Source of the DNA: Alloascoidea hylecoeti
Taxonomy: Eukaryota
Assembly (NCBI GenBank): GCA_001600815.1
Contig: BCKZ01000008.1
Coordinates: 310,001 to 374,000, forward strand
Direction: 5' to 3'
DNA length: 64,000 nt
The notes below the pieces were generated by a model. It searched no databases and was not told where the DNA came from. It saw nothing but the letters and a program-made list of their open reading frames with translations. The position numbers and the translations under genes were made by a program. This document shows positions 11,909-24,765 of this stretch, in pieces (positions within the stretch are counted from its first letter, which is position 1; every line of letters starts with the position of its first letter).

Positions 11909-12879
11909 CTTTACTAACATTAACATTAATACAAATTTCATAAAAATAAGAAATCACCCATAAATCCTACTTTCTCAAAATTCCTTTACACAGCCATAAT
12001 CATTCTGGTTGTACATAATCCTCCCAATTCAATCTTTCTTATCTTCCAGTTTTAAAAATCAGTACAGTGAACATTTCCAAGATATTCTTCTTTAAAACGA
12101 ATTTCCTTTTTGTTACCCAGGTGAATACATAACCTTATATTTTCCGAAGGTTTGGTAAACCTCATCTTTATTTTCATTTAAATCAAACTCACTTGTCAAA
12201 TTTCAAATAGATTTTTCATATATAAGTTATATATCCTCTCATCTCAATCTTTCTTATAACCAATTTTAATAAAAAAACCCAGCACTCACCTGGGAATTTT
12301 GAGAAATCTACCCGCCTAAAGTTACCGTCAGATCTAACCAAACTTGTGGTCAAGTTCAAGCTCCAATTCTATCTGCTCTTTTTAACCATTAAGATCCTCA
12401 TTAGGTAAAGGTTTTTTGCTACCATAGTCAAATACCTGATGATATTATAGTATAGATTGAGAACGTTAACTTATGAAAAATGATTAAATGATAAATCTAT
12501 TTGACTTAATTGATTAAAAAAAAACCTACCGAATATTTAACTCTTCATATATAATATAAATACACTAATAAACACATCATAGGGATCAGATTTTATCTGC
12601 CGTCAACCATTCCTTTGCCTTCAACTCATCAGACTTCCTCTTGTCCGATTTAAATCAACCTCATTCTTTTTAGTTAGCTTTTCCATAACTTGATCCTAAG
12701 CAATATGAGGAGTAGTGCTGTAGATGATGTACCTTCTCCTCATATATCACTAGCTCGGTTTTGAGGAACTTGGTTATTTAGGATATTATTTTCTAGTGTC
12801 ATGCATATACCATAAAAAGTCTTTAAAGTTTCAATAATAATATTAGTGCTGATAATTACTCGGTATAATACTTACACCC

Positions 12880-13370
12880 TTAGATAGACTGAAATATACG
12901 CATGGAATTTACTGCAGAGCACACTCCATCGTTTTATCCATATGCGTAGTTTTTGTGAAAGCATTATAATTATAGTCTTTGCTATTTAAAGAAAAAGACC
13001 TGAATTTGTTTATTGAAAGACTTGTTATATTAATCACTAGCTTTGTGGCTTTTAATTCTTCTTCAATTAAATCAATTCTATTGTATATTATGGAAAGTCA
13101 CAAATTTCACCACCTTGGGGTACTCATAGTTTTAATATATAGTATACAAAATGTTCATTATATGTTAAAGCCATCAATTTCCATAATAAAAACTTTATAG
13201 CTTTTACAATTTTCTGTTTAGGTCAACAGTTCAAAATAGATATTTTCTAAAGCTAGATCTTCGCTACATTATTAAAGAAAATTGAACTGATATCCGGACT
13301 CTTACCTTACTAATATTTCATCTATAATATTCTCCAGTTCGTTATACAAAAGACTATGAAGACCATGTTA
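12880..13370 (-). pseudogene. Possible Mutator/MULE transposase relic
   Basis: Stop-ridden translation with GYQFNFL..SEDLALENIYF and a SWIM-like MECALQ*IPCVY. Weak resemblance only. Confidence 0.2.
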
Positions 13371-13421
13371 TGAAAGAATTTGATTTTAAGCATTAGTATT
13401 TAACATATAATATGAATAATT

Positions 13422-14532
13422 TTAATCTATATCCATTCTATTTGATGTATCAGCGTCATCGGTAGCATTTCCTGTTGTTGACTCAGTAGTATTTTCTATA
13501 GCAGCATCTGTCGTAGTAGCTGGTGCAGCAGTTTCAGTAGCAGTATCATCATCATCATCAGAATCAGAATCATTATCATCACCTCTTGTTCTAGTATTTG
13601 AAACTGAACCTAATTTCTCTAACCAAACTTGAACTTTTGCATCATCTAATATAGTAAATTCTTCACCTTTACCAACAAAGGCAATAGTTGTATTTTTTTG
13701 ATTTAATTCCCGATCTTGAGCTAAAGTATCTCTTAAAGCAATTAAAGCATGATTAATTAATTCCTCTAAACTTGAATCAGCAAATAATTCAAAAGATTTT
13801 TCTAAATAAGTTCTTGCAGCTTGTGATCTTGCACCAATAGCAGCACCAAAATATTCTAAAACTGACCCACTTGGTTGAAATTCAAATAAATGTGGACCAG
13901 ATTCATCAATACCAACAACTAATAAACCAACACCATATGGTCTACCACCATAACTTTGAGTATTTGATTGTGCTTTATCAGCAATTGAATTAACTGCTCT
14001 TTCAATTGGTAATGGTAAATTTAAAATTAATTTTGAATGTAAGGCTTGTTTTCTTAAATAATTTGATAAAACTCTTGCATCTGGTGCTAAACCTGCTAAT
14101 GCAATACCTATATGATCATCAATTTTGATAACTTTTTTTTGATATGAGCCTAGTTCTTCAGCATTTCTCTAATTATAATTTTATAAAAATATTAATGACT
14201 AAAGATTTGATAAAATTGGATGGCAAAAACACAAAGTTGAAAAATACATACCTTTAAAGCAACGAGAACAGCATGAGTTTTGGAAACTAGACCAACGGCA
14301 GCACTTCCTTGTTTGATTGCTTCAAGTGCATATTCGACCTATTATTTGAGAAGAAATTGTTAAGAATTGACTTTTTGTGCTTCATAAATTGAAAGTGAAC
14401 ATACTTGAAATAATCTGCCTGTAGGGGAGTATGTAGTTGTATCATTGTCATAATTATTTCTAAACTTCGGATGATGATGTAAAATTAGCAATTGAGACAG
14501 TTATATGCAACTTTAATGAAAAACCATACCAT
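13422..14532 (-). CDS. PRE5: 20S proteasome alpha-6 subunit, 3 introns
   Basis: Exons 14530-14532 (ATG only), 14405-14464, 14252-14338 and 13422-14168 give [38 protein letters not shown]...[12 protein letters not shown]...MDID*. Missed by the ORF track. Confidence 0.95.
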
Positions 14533-14590
14533 TTTGGAGATGAAGATGAAGATACACACCAAACTTGAATTTGAAGGTGAGTTTGGACAA

Positions 14591-14598
14591 TTGCCACT
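14591..14598 (-). promoter_or_regulatory. Candidate Rpn4/PACE-like site
   Basis: AGTGGCAA ~60 bp upstream of the PRE5 ATG. Confidence 0.4.
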
Positions 14599-15762
14599 TG
14601 TGGGAGGATGGGTGTTCTGTGGTTTGGATATACTCACAATTACGCAGGCACGGGTAAACTTGAGCAGGTTCTGAGTAGCATTAGCGGCAAACACAAACAA
14701 GGAAAACACCAAAAAGAATGGAAACAACACTGCAATTGGCGTCTCCGCTGAACAAACTGATTTTGTTGGCTGTTGTTTTGGCGGTGGGTTTTCTATTTAA
14801 CATTCTGGCAGGCGCTCTGTACGGAAACTGGCTGAGTTGGTTAGTTTGTATGTTTTCTGTATAACTATATAATATAATTTTCAGCAACTAAAATAGATAC
14901 GAGTACTAATATATTTATATAGTGGCTTTATTTGCGTTTTCACCTATGCCAAATTTGTTATGTGATCGAGTTGCTCAAGATGATGATTTTATGAACGAAA
15001 ATACAAAGTATGTATGCTATTTATGACTTGAAAGTAACTCCCTGGATTTTTCTAACTTTATATTACTTTATTTATAAATTTAGTTATGTGAAAGATTTCG
15101 GAAGGTGGGCTTCTGCTTTTATGTTGGTTTCAAGTTTTGGTGAGTAAATATAAAAATACACCTAATTATAAGTTTAATTCTTCGAGCTAACGGGAAACAG
15201 GTTTACCAATAATGTTATGTCATTGTGATATTTTCACTACTGGAGCAGCTATGTTGTCGATCCTTGGCGGGTTCCTGGTATATTTAACAATTGTGATCTT
15301 CACATTATTATTCGATTCAAAGGATACTTTAGCCCTCTAGTCACAAATATTTTGACCTATAACAAATCAAAGAAAATCAAAGAAAATTAGAATAAATCAA
15401 CGAAAATTAACGAAAATCAAAGTAAATCAACAGAAATTGAAGGAAAGTAAAATAAAAGTAAAGTTTATATAAATCCGAGTCCGGGAAATGTTTTCGGAGT
15501 TCCGCTATTTATTATGTGGGAGAACGGCATTTCGGAATCGGTAAAGTTTATTTTATAATACTCCACTTTTGATACATAACTTATTGTTTTATTCATATTT
15601 ATATATCACGCAATTCCCGTTTTTTTCATTTTCCGAGTGAATTTTCTTCATCTTTTATAGATAGTAATTATTGAAGAACTACCTCCTCTTTTTAACCCAA
15701 CTCTCCATTTCAGTGTATTCTGTCTACAGTAGTAGGAGCCGCGCGATATTTCAAAACAATAC

Positions 15763-16443
15763 ATGCTTAATATAAATAACACCATGACTTTTAGCGACTT
15801 TATTGCTGCCGAAGAAGAAGACTTGGCCAAAGATACACAAGATAATCAAACATTAATACAATTACACAATCAATTAGAATCAAAAGCAACATATTGGGGT
15901 AAAAAATCTTTTTCAATTTTTTCAAAAGATGATGATGATTTTGAAACTGTTTGGAGAGTTGGTGGTACTGGAACAGCAGTTCCATATAAAAGAGAATCAT
16001 TTTATCAACAATTCCCAAGAAAGGCAAGTAATTTAGATGGTGAATATCATAATTCAGATTTAACATTTTATACAAGATGGTTTCCAAATAAATGGTTTGT
16101 TGATTTTATTAAAAAAATTTTAGATTCAAAAACAAATTTAAATCAATCAAATGAACAATTAACTGCTTTTCCTGTACCAACAAAAATTGAGGTTGATACA
16201 TGTGATAATTTAAAAGGTGTTGGAGTTTGGGATAGGAAAGGAATTTGGAAATGTTTATCAAAACATTCAAAAATTAATTTAAATTTAAAAGATATTCAAG
16301 GTCCAAAATATTTTACAAAATATGGTGAATATTTAGGTTGGAAAAATGAATTTAAAAATGCAATTAAAATTGCAAATGAAGCAGGTAAAACGAAATTAGC
16401 TAATAGATTACAAGAGAAATTTGATGATTATGATCATCGTTAA
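15763..16443 (+). CDS. Orphan hypothetical protein (226 aa, W/G/aromatic-rich)
   Basis: Intact ORF with host-like AT codon bias and a CGG-rich upstream region. No family recognised. Confidence 0.6.
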   Translation: MLNINNTMTFSDFIAAEEEDLAKDTQDNQTLIQLHNQLESKATYWGKKSFSIFSKDDDDFETVWRVGGTGTAVPYKRESFYQQFPRKASNLDGEYHNSDLTFYTRWFPNKWFVDFIKKILDSKTNLNQSNEQLTAFPVPTKIEVDTCDNLKGVGVWDRKGIWKCLSKHSKINLNLKDIQGPKYFTKYGEYLGWKNEFKNAIKIANEAGKTKLANRLQEKFDDYDHR

Positions 16444-17249
16444 TCTTTTAATTCTGTAATTTATTAACATATTCATTTTTGGCTTTTGTTTACATTTAAT
16501 TGGCTATTCAAAATCATTTTTAATTTTTCAATTTTCTACTGTAACTCAAAACTCAAACACTTTGTTTTTCTTTATTTGAATTCTATTAATTTTACTTACT
16601 TTGACTTTTTGTTTCTGTTATAATTATGAACCTACAATGACATTTTACATCTAGTCCTTTAATTTCATCTTATTTATTCCTTGTCTCTTACAAGCGGCTT
16701 TTTGAATTATAATCCACCATTTTTCTTATTTTTTGTTATTATATGCATACCAATGGCGTTGTTATCATTATATTATTTATAGTTATTTCTTTATACTATT
16801 GAAAAGTTATGTTTGTTCTTTTTATCGATTTTAATTTAAATTGTTTATTTTACATTAAATTGTTTATTTTACATTAAATAATATTAAATTTTAGTTATAT
16901 ATATTTGGAATTTAACCACTTATATTGATCGATACTATGGTTTTCCTGGTTTGTTCAAATTTGTCTATAACCACTGATACCGTACGTCTTCGACCAACAT
17001 CTAAGCCGATATAAGCTTATAATAAAAAGTGAATTCGAACCATTAATATTGACATTCTTGAAAATCAAAGAGAACAATGCTTCAGCTTTGTGATGTTTTA
17101 TTTGTATGGTACTACAGCTACTCTGGTGGATCACATCAATTGAAATATAAAAGTAAACATCTATAAATAAACCTTTTTCCATTTCTTCATTTACAAAAAG
17201 TTTCAAATTTAACTTTAATCCAAAAACAACTATAGAAAGATTCCTGATA

Positions 17250-17620
17250 GCAAAACCGAAACGATTCACTGAAGCTGAAAAAGTTAAAATGCGGTGCATG
17301 AGAAATGATTTTGTACTCTCTAATCGGGAGATTTCAACAGTTGAACGTGTTGTAAATTGTACAGTTTATATTCCCTTCAAGGGATTAATTAATACTCAAG
17401 ACCTCGGTATTTCAAGATACCAAACCCGTGGGTAAAAAACCAATAAATACGCCTACCACCAGGCTCTTCTCATGTTTAGCGCTTTCCGAGCGTTATTTTC
17501 CGTTAGCGAATCTCGTCAAACAATCACCGATTTCATGTTCTGAATAGCAACAGTCAAAAAGTATCTGTCTAACGCTTCTTAATACTGTTGAAATAAAGTG
17601 TCGAGTTCGTAAATTCCCAT
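17250..17620 (+). mobile_element. Tc1-like transposase N-terminal (HTH) relic
   Basis: KPKRFTEAEKVKMRCMRNDFVLSNREISTVERV...ATVKKYL..CRVRKFP, with stops and frameshifts. Confidence 0.4.
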
Positions 17621-19126
17621 TGAAGAAATTTAAATGCAGACTTTAATGAGGTTGAAATCTGAAAATTTACACGAACAACTCATTACCAATTTTACTAAGA
17701 TACCAAGAAAGAAAAAGAACTTTATAGAAACCTCAAGGATTTTCAATTATTGGCTAATGAGAGATATCTGTTTATAATTGAAGGTTCAGCAGGTAAATCA
17801 GCTGCTATATTTGATTTATTAGAGTATAAAGCAGCAAAATATAAAAAGCTTGGTGAAAATACTTGATCTATGAAGTTACTATAAACGTATGAATTAATTA
17901 TGCATAATAAGGAAAAGTACTATAGCTACAAGATTATTTAATTCATATGAAGAGGATATTGAACAAGATTTATATAGTGAACATGAAAATGATATTGATG
18001 ATAATAATAATGGTACTAAATTATCCACGTGCAGCCAACTAGACAACCCATCCACACCACAATCCACGCACGCACACAAAGGGAGAAAAAACCGTTTCTA
18101 CTTTAAATCCCATGAGAAAATGCGATACATGGACCCTAAGAGTGAATCCTCATTTTGGTGTTCCTAAGTGGTTGATGTCTTGCAAGTAGTGCATTTTACT
18201 GTTGCAGGTTGTGCATTAATGCTAACGTAGTTTGTGCTTGAGCTCTCTCTGTGGAAGAAGGGATGGATAACGTCTACAAGCTATCTCTAACCCGATGAAT
18301 TCATGTACTATGCATATGCGTATAATAGCCGCGCCTTCGCTCTAGCACACAGTTACATTTAAGATCAAATAATAGCATATTAAAGGATCATTTCCAGTCA
18401 GGAAAATGTTTTTTGGTTCAAATATTTAGATGCCTTAGAGATATAGATATTATCTAAATTGTCCGTGCATATTTTCCCTGCACCCTTTCTTAAAATTGTG
18501 CATAATTGCCAATTAGTCAATATCACCCACATACACCCCAATCAGAGTCTGATAGTTTCTTAAAAATATGACCATCGTACTATGATCATAGGCGTGTTTG
18601 CATCAAAGACTTGATTTTGCGTTATTTTAAGTGGCTTATTATATCGAATCATAGATTCACGACGCTATCCCTGAGGGCACTAACCGAAAACAGAAGAACA
18701 TGATAAACAAAAATGAAATGCGATTGACACCATTATTTTTCCAGAGATATGGAAATATTTTAAGACAAGCAGATTGGTCTTAACTTAACTAGATTCATGC
18801 TGATAATTATTAGGGTTCCCAATCAATTCATTCTATTTAAGTTATCTATAATTAAAACTTGATCTAGAACTATAAGATCAATTGTTTATAAAATTCAACT
18901 GTAAAGGTAAGATTCTCAATTCAGCTATAATTGAAACTAATGAAGTATCTCGAAGGAAAAATATATCGACCAGTAAATAGAATATATATTTGTAATTAGA
19001 AATACATTAATTACTCGTAACTATGAGCGATTCCTTCTTTTTTTTATATATATAATAGCTATAGTAATTGCTTAAATCTTTAAAAAAACATACACCCTTT
19101 CCTATTTGAATTAAATCAGTGTTTAA

Positions 19127-21751
19127 ATGAGTCTCTTTAATACATATGAATCCGACTCCTCTGATGATATTTATGATGAAGGTGAGAGCTCAAGAACATC
19201 GGAAGATATTCATACTTCTTTGGAGCGAGAGGCTTCAGAAATTGTGAGACACCAAGGCTCACAATTTGCTAATATTGTATTGAACTGGCCCTGTAATGGG
19301 AGGAATTTTACTTTATCCAGAGAGTTAGAAAACTGTACTAAAGTTCCACTCCATTTCACTTCTCTGCATCAATATAAAAGTATATTCAGATCATTGGTGA
19401 AACTTGAATGTTGGGATGCTCTAAGAGGAGCTAAAAAAGGTCAAATGTTGAAAAAGGGTATGTCAATTAACATTTTGACTGCGAGTCAAATGACTGATGG
19501 TTGGACAGTTGTTGAAGCTCATGTCAATAAGAAAGAAGCAATACAAGTTAATATTGCAGAACATGACTTGTTGCTTGTCTGTACTTTGAGTGGTAGAAGA
19601 ACTGAACTTCCTAACAGATTGAAGATTTTTGAAGAGTCAGTTCATAATTCCTGTTATGCAAAAATCGCAAGGACAGAGCTAACTGATGATGACCGGAAAC
19701 TTAATATTAATTCACCACAATTGAATATAAATACAAAGTTAAAATTACTTTTCCTTACTTCCAAGTTTAATAATCAACGATTAATCTCTACTAATAGTAA
19801 AATATTTGCGTTAAATACTATTAATTTGATTTCTGCTGAGAGGGAGTACAGCGCAATCGATGAAGATTTTCCAATTTGGCTGGAAGATAGTATTGTTAAA
19901 GGTCGAACAGAACCTCTTTTTACATTGAACTCTAATGTTAGTGAAATGTTAAGGAAAGAATATAGGCTTAATGAATCACAAGCTTGTGCAGCAGCTGGAA
20001 CCATTAAAACTAACAAAGGGATTTCAATGATTCATGGTCCTCCAGGTACAGGGAAAACGAGTACAATTACCGCGATAATTAAATGCGCGAGCGATGAGCA
20101 GTTTCTCCAAAAATTGAAGGAAGTAGACCCAGAATTTGCATCTATAAAACCTGCCAAGAAAATATTGGTTTGTACACCAAGTAATGCGGCGGTGGATGAG
20201 CTGGTTAAGAGACTAAATATTATTTATCCGATTGATATCAGATCACCAAAAGTTATGCGAGTTGGTAACTCAAAACTCACAAGTAAAGGATCTAATAGAA
20301 ATACATTATCATCAGCAATCAAAAATAATAATATTTTCGAGCTTTTAAATAATGCTGGTGTTAAAGTGGAAGCGGGTCAATTTAATGAGGATTATTTGGA
20401 ACAAAAGCTTAGGGAAACTAATGAGTCTATACAAATATATCGTCAATTTCTCAGAGAAATTGGAAGAAGGCTCGATATTATCCCAGAAGAAGAGCATTCC
20501 AAACGAGAAGAGTTGGAAAACAGATCATCTAAATATTTCGCCAGCATACTTAGTCTTGAACACATTTTACAAATTTTAACTTCTTCCGGAAATCAGTCAT
20601 CACTAGAAAAAATGGATTTGTCCTCCAAAAGAGACGAAAAACTAAGATTGAAGGAGCAAAAGATGGATATTATAAGGAATGCTTCCGTTATATGTACAAC
20701 TTTAAGTGCCTCTGTTAGTGCATTCATAAAAGATTCAGCAATATTTTTTGACATTATTATCATCGATGAAGCTGGTCAATGTACAGAACCTAGTTTACTG
20801 GTACCTCTAAAGTACGAAACAAGTCATGTTATTCTTGTTGGAGACTCAAAACAACTCCCACCGACTGTGATGTCAAAAACAGCTCTGCAAGAGTTCAATT
20901 ACGAACAAAGTTTGTTTCTTCGTTTAGAGAAGACAAATCCCGCACAAAATTATTTCTTGAATACACAGTATCGAATGAATCCTAGAATATCAGAATTTCC
21001 AAATAATACCTTCTATCAGGGCAAACTAATTAACGGAACTGATATGTCAACGAAAACCAAAAAAAATTGGCATAATAAATCAATATCTGGAATTAAAGCT
21101 TCAGAATACGCATTTTTCGATGTTACATATGGAATGCATCGGAAAGTTGAGTATGGTTTCTCCATATACAATGAAGAGGAGATTGATTTTGCGATTAGTC
21201 TAGTTGAGGGTCTAGAAAAGTTAGACAATTCTTTATGGAATACGGCTTCAGAGGAAGAATTAATGGAAACTATAACTGACGTTGCATCAAAAGAAGAAAA
21301 AATGGTGATGTTACAGGAGATTAGGTCCCAATCAGGTAAATTGGGAGTTATAAGTCCTTATAAGGAACAATCAAAGAGAATGAAGGAGGCATTTGAAAAG
21401 AAATTTGGCATTGAAAAGTCAAATACAATACAATTCAATACGGTCGATGGGTTTCAGGGCCAAGAGAAAGAAGTAATTATTTTCTCAAGCGTTCGTACAG
21501 GTGAGGGTGTTGGATTTTTGAGAGATCTTAGAAGGCTAAATGTTGGTATCACTAGAGCCAAAAGCAGTCTTTGGATTCTTGGAAATTCCAAATGTTTGAC
21601 TGAAAACCAAACATGGAAAGCTCTCATAGATGATGCAAAGCAAAGAGGCTGTTATAATAGAGTTGAGTCTCCTATGCACGAAAATACTGAAGAGCTCAAT
21701 GAGGAACATGTTTTGACTCTTTTCGATAGATTAAGTTTAAGAGAAGATTAA
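19127..21751 (+). CDS. Sen1-like SF1B (Upf1-family) helicase, helicase module only
   Basis: FRSLVKLECW, EREY, LNESQ, IHGPPGTGKT, LVCTPSNAAVDEL, IIIDEAGQC, LVGDSKQLPPTV, LNTQYRMNP, GVISPYKEQ, TVDGFQGQEK, RRLNVGITRAK. The large Sen1 N-terminal domain is absent. Confidence 0.9.
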   Translation: MSLFNTYESDSSDDIYDEGESSRTSEDIHTSLEREASEIVRHQGSQFANIVLNWPCNGRNFTLSRELENCTKVPLHFTSLHQYKSIFRSLVKLECWDALRGAKKGQMLKKGMSINILTASQMTDGWTVVEAHVNKKEAIQVNIAEHDLLLVCTLSGRRTELPNRLKIFEESVHNSCYAKIARTELTDDDRKLNINSPQLNINTKLKLLFLTSKFNNQRLISTNSKIFALNTINLISAEREYSAIDEDFPIWLEDSIVKGRTEPLFTLNSNVSEMLRKEYRLNESQACAAAGTIKTNKGISMIHGPPGTGKTSTITAIIKCASDEQFLQKLKEVDPEFASIKPAKKILVCTPSNAAVDELVKRLNIIYPIDIRSPKVMRVGNSKLTSKGSNRNTLSSAIKNNNIFELLNNAGVKVEAGQFNEDYLEQKLRETNESIQIYRQFLREIGRRLDIIPEEEHSKREELENRSSKYFASILSLEHILQILTSSGNQSSLEKMDLSSKRDEKLRLKEQKMDIIRNASVICTTLSASVSAFIKDSAIFFDIIIIDEAGQCTEPSLLVPLKYETSHVILVGDSKQLPPTVMSKTALQEFNYEQSLFLRLEKTNPAQNYFLNTQYRMNPRISEFPNNTFYQGKLINGTDMSTKTKKNWHNKSISGIKASEYAFFDVTYGMHRKVEYGFSIYNEEEIDFAISLVEGLEKLDNSLWNTASEEELMETITDVASKEEKMVMLQEIRSQSGKLGVISPYKEQSKRMKEAFEKKFGIEKSNTIQFNTVDGFQGQEKEVIIFSSVRTGEGVGFLRDLRRLNVGITRAKSSLWILGNSKCLTENQTWKALIDDAKQRGCYNRVESPMHENTEELNEEHVLTLFDRLSLRED

Positions 21752-22149
21752 GATATTGAATAATCAAAAGGCACAGATTTCGCGGGAATAGAGATTGGAA
21801 TATTTATAATAACTATTGTACGTATACTTTTATGTTTCATGCAACAAATTTTAAAACTTTCGCATACAGAGACCACAAATATTAATGAAGTTGAATATCA
21901 TACACATAGAAATTTAAAGATAGTTTTTTTCTTCATAATGGGTGTAAGAGAATTTATACCCCCTCTCTTTCTAGTCTGGAATATGTGTTATATAATCCTA
22001 ATAATTTCCAAAAATAATTAGATCGAGAGAAAAACTTATTGAAGACAGTATACATATTTTATGATCTACTAATTTTTTTAATCCATCCAATAGCTCCTTG
22101 TGCCTATGTATGGGATCCTATTCCATGAGTTAGAGATACCGTGTACCAT

Positions 22150-22830
22150 ACTAAATTGAATTACTCTCAATCTCTTAAATATTTCCAGCTACAGATTCTT
22201 GATACTTTCTCGACTTCGGATCATAACACTCATTAAAACTCATCTAGTTTATACCTTGATTTCATTGTTAATTAAACTATTAATTGCATGTTTAATATCT
22301 AAAGTTAATGACGTTTTAGATAATCCTTTACTTGTCAAATCGGAAACTGTTAACTCACAGAACGTATTGAGATCTAACAATCAATTGAGTATAGGTATAT
22401 ACTATATAGCATTAAATATTTTCACCAACTCATAATTATCAAACGTCACATAACTTGGTGTACAATAATATTTTCTCAGTCAATGCAAATTCAGGATTCA
22501 CTCCAATCAATTTTCGGAAAAATTGTTCACCAGTTGCGCATCTAATTATTGCAGTAATGGTGGTGATTGTTTGCCCCATACCTGGAGGACCATGAATCAT
22601 TGGAATTCCTTTGGTGGTTTTAATTGCACCAGAAGCTACGAGCTTGCGATTCATTAAGTTTATATTCTTTCATTATTATTTTACCAGCATTAGAGTTCAA
22701 TCTAAACAGAAGTTCCGTTCGATCTTCAAACAATACCATGTTCCAGCCAATTTGGAGTTCCTCATCAATTGGACTTCAATCCACCTCACCAGAAATCAAA
22801 GTGCAATTAACAGTATCTAATTCAAATATT
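22150..22830 (-). pseudogene. Inverted degenerate copy of the Sen1-like gene (about aa 225-450)
   Basis: Translates KEYKLNESQA and MIHGPPGMGQT..ITAIIRCATGEQF..VNPEFA. Nucleotide similarity to ~19800-20480, with frameshifts. Confidence 0.85.
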
Positions 22831-23039
22831 TTAGTATAACATTATAGTAAAATGAAATAAGTTGGAAATTATAATCTTGCGGCTGCACTATATTAGAAAG
22901 AGGAGCACCAAAGGAAGATAAAGGAACCCCATAATTATATAAGATTATGTAGTATAGAAGTTTCAGTTAGCTATATCTACTATATATAGTGCATTCATTG
23001 CAATATTAATTAATTAATGATTTTGTAATAACGTTTGAT

Positions 23040-23468
23040 ATCCTAATATTACCATCGATGAAGCAAGTCAATGTAGCGAATCTTCTTTAAAGCTTTAAAG
23101 TATGAGACAAAAAGAGAGGTCTAAACCGACTTCTATAGGACAATGTCTAAAATAGCTGTCTAATAATATATTATCCGAAATTTAAAATTCCTAATATTAA
23201 ACTTGCCTCCGAATAAAACCATGATGTGGTGAACTTATCGATGGGTGAGCAGAAAAATAGACAGAACAATCGGTGTTTCAGTCGGGAATAATCATAAGGG
23301 AAAAATAAGGCGAATGAACGAAAGAAGTAATGGAATTTGACGTTTTTCAGGGACAAATTGGATAAATTTTAAAATTGAACGATTATTATTTTCTCAAGCG
23401 TTCGTACAGTAAAAAACTATAAACACACAATAACAAGAGCCAAAAGCAGTTTTTGGAATATGGAAATG
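23040..23468 (+). pseudogene. Degenerate copy of the C-terminal half of the Sen1-like gene
   Basis: NITIDEASQC, LKYET, FQGQ, IIFSSVRT (attattttctcaagcgttcgtacag identical to ~21475-21500) and ITRAKSSFW, with large deletions. Confidence 0.8.
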
Positions 23469-23711
23469 CTTGAGCCGGGATGACAATAACGACCTCAAAC
23501 AAAACAAAGCAAAACAGCCGCCCCGAGCAAGTTTAGCATCAATTGAAATACATGTATCAACACAAATAACAAAAATCCAAAAATCGGTATATATAAAAGA
23601 CTTGCACGTGCAGATGGCAACGCCTACCTAACCAAACACCCAGACATTTATATTGTCTCAGTGCTCCTTAAATATCAAACCTCCTTCTCTTCTTTTTTAT
23701 CACAATACATA

Positions 23712-24765
23712 ATGTCATTTCGATCTCACAGCCAGTTTAATATTCCGGTTTCTTCGGGACCGATGAGAGGATATCATCAGCCTGAAGCAGCTCCCAACTA
23801 TGGAAATACGGGGTTATCTTTTATTGAAAAATTTGAACGATTTAGTTCGAAGACAGAAGAGAAAGTTGATGAAGTTTTTGGTCCCATCAAACAGTGAGTA
23901 TACATATATGTTTATTGAATAAGAAATGTTATGTTAAGCCTAGCTTTCATATTGCGTTTTGATTTTTATCTAGTGGTCTCATGCTTTATACTAATTGGTT
24001 TCTTTGAATTTTAGTTACCTCCCACCTTTAGGTCGTTCTCTAATAGTTGCAACTTTTTTGGAAGATGGTTTTAGAATATTAACTCAATGGGAAGACCAAG
24101 TATACTATATGTGGAACTACAGGCACATCCCATATTCAATTACTATATTATTTTTCATCTACAACTTAATTGCTATGTTTTCTGGTTCAATAATGATAAT
24201 CATTCGAAGGAAAATCGAATGGGCTACAATCGCTTTATTAAGTGTTGTTGTAACACAAGCTCTGGCGTATGGCTTGATTTTTGAATGGACTTTCTTTTTA
24301 CGTAACCTTAGTGTAATTGGTGGGTTGGTCATTGTTTTTAGTGATTCTTATGTTAGAGATATGCGTGCTCTAAATATGCCAGGTTTACCAATGCTGGAAT
24401 TTAAAGATAATAAAAAATATTTTTTACTGGCTGGTCGTGTCTTGATTGTTTTCTTATTTATTGGATTTTCAATTTCTAAAAATTGGAGTTTTTGGAGAAT
24501 TTTAGTATCAATTATCGGTTTTATTGCGTGCGCTTTTATAATTATTGGTTATAAAGCAAAATTTGCCGCTTTATTACTTGGAAGTTTATTAACTATTTTT
24601 GATATAACTGTTAATCATTTCTGGGATTATCCTTATGGAAATCCAACAAGAGACTTTTTCAAATATGAATTCTTTCAAACTTTAAGTATTGTTGGTGGAT
24701 TGGTTTTAATTATAAATACTGGGGCTGGTGAACTTAGTATTGATGAAAAGAAGAAGGTTTATTAA
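23712..24765 (+). CDS. ERV29: SURF4-family ER cargo receptor, 1 intron
   Basis: Exon 1 23712-23893, intron 23894-24014 (gtgagt...tactaat...tag). YLPPLGRSLIVATFLED, KYEFFQTLSIVGG, and a C-terminal DEKKKVY dilysine signal. Confidence 0.95.

Noticed and set aside
14485..14887. Short ORFs upstream of PRE5
   Set aside because: They overlap the PRE5 first intron and GC-richer promoter; no coding signature.
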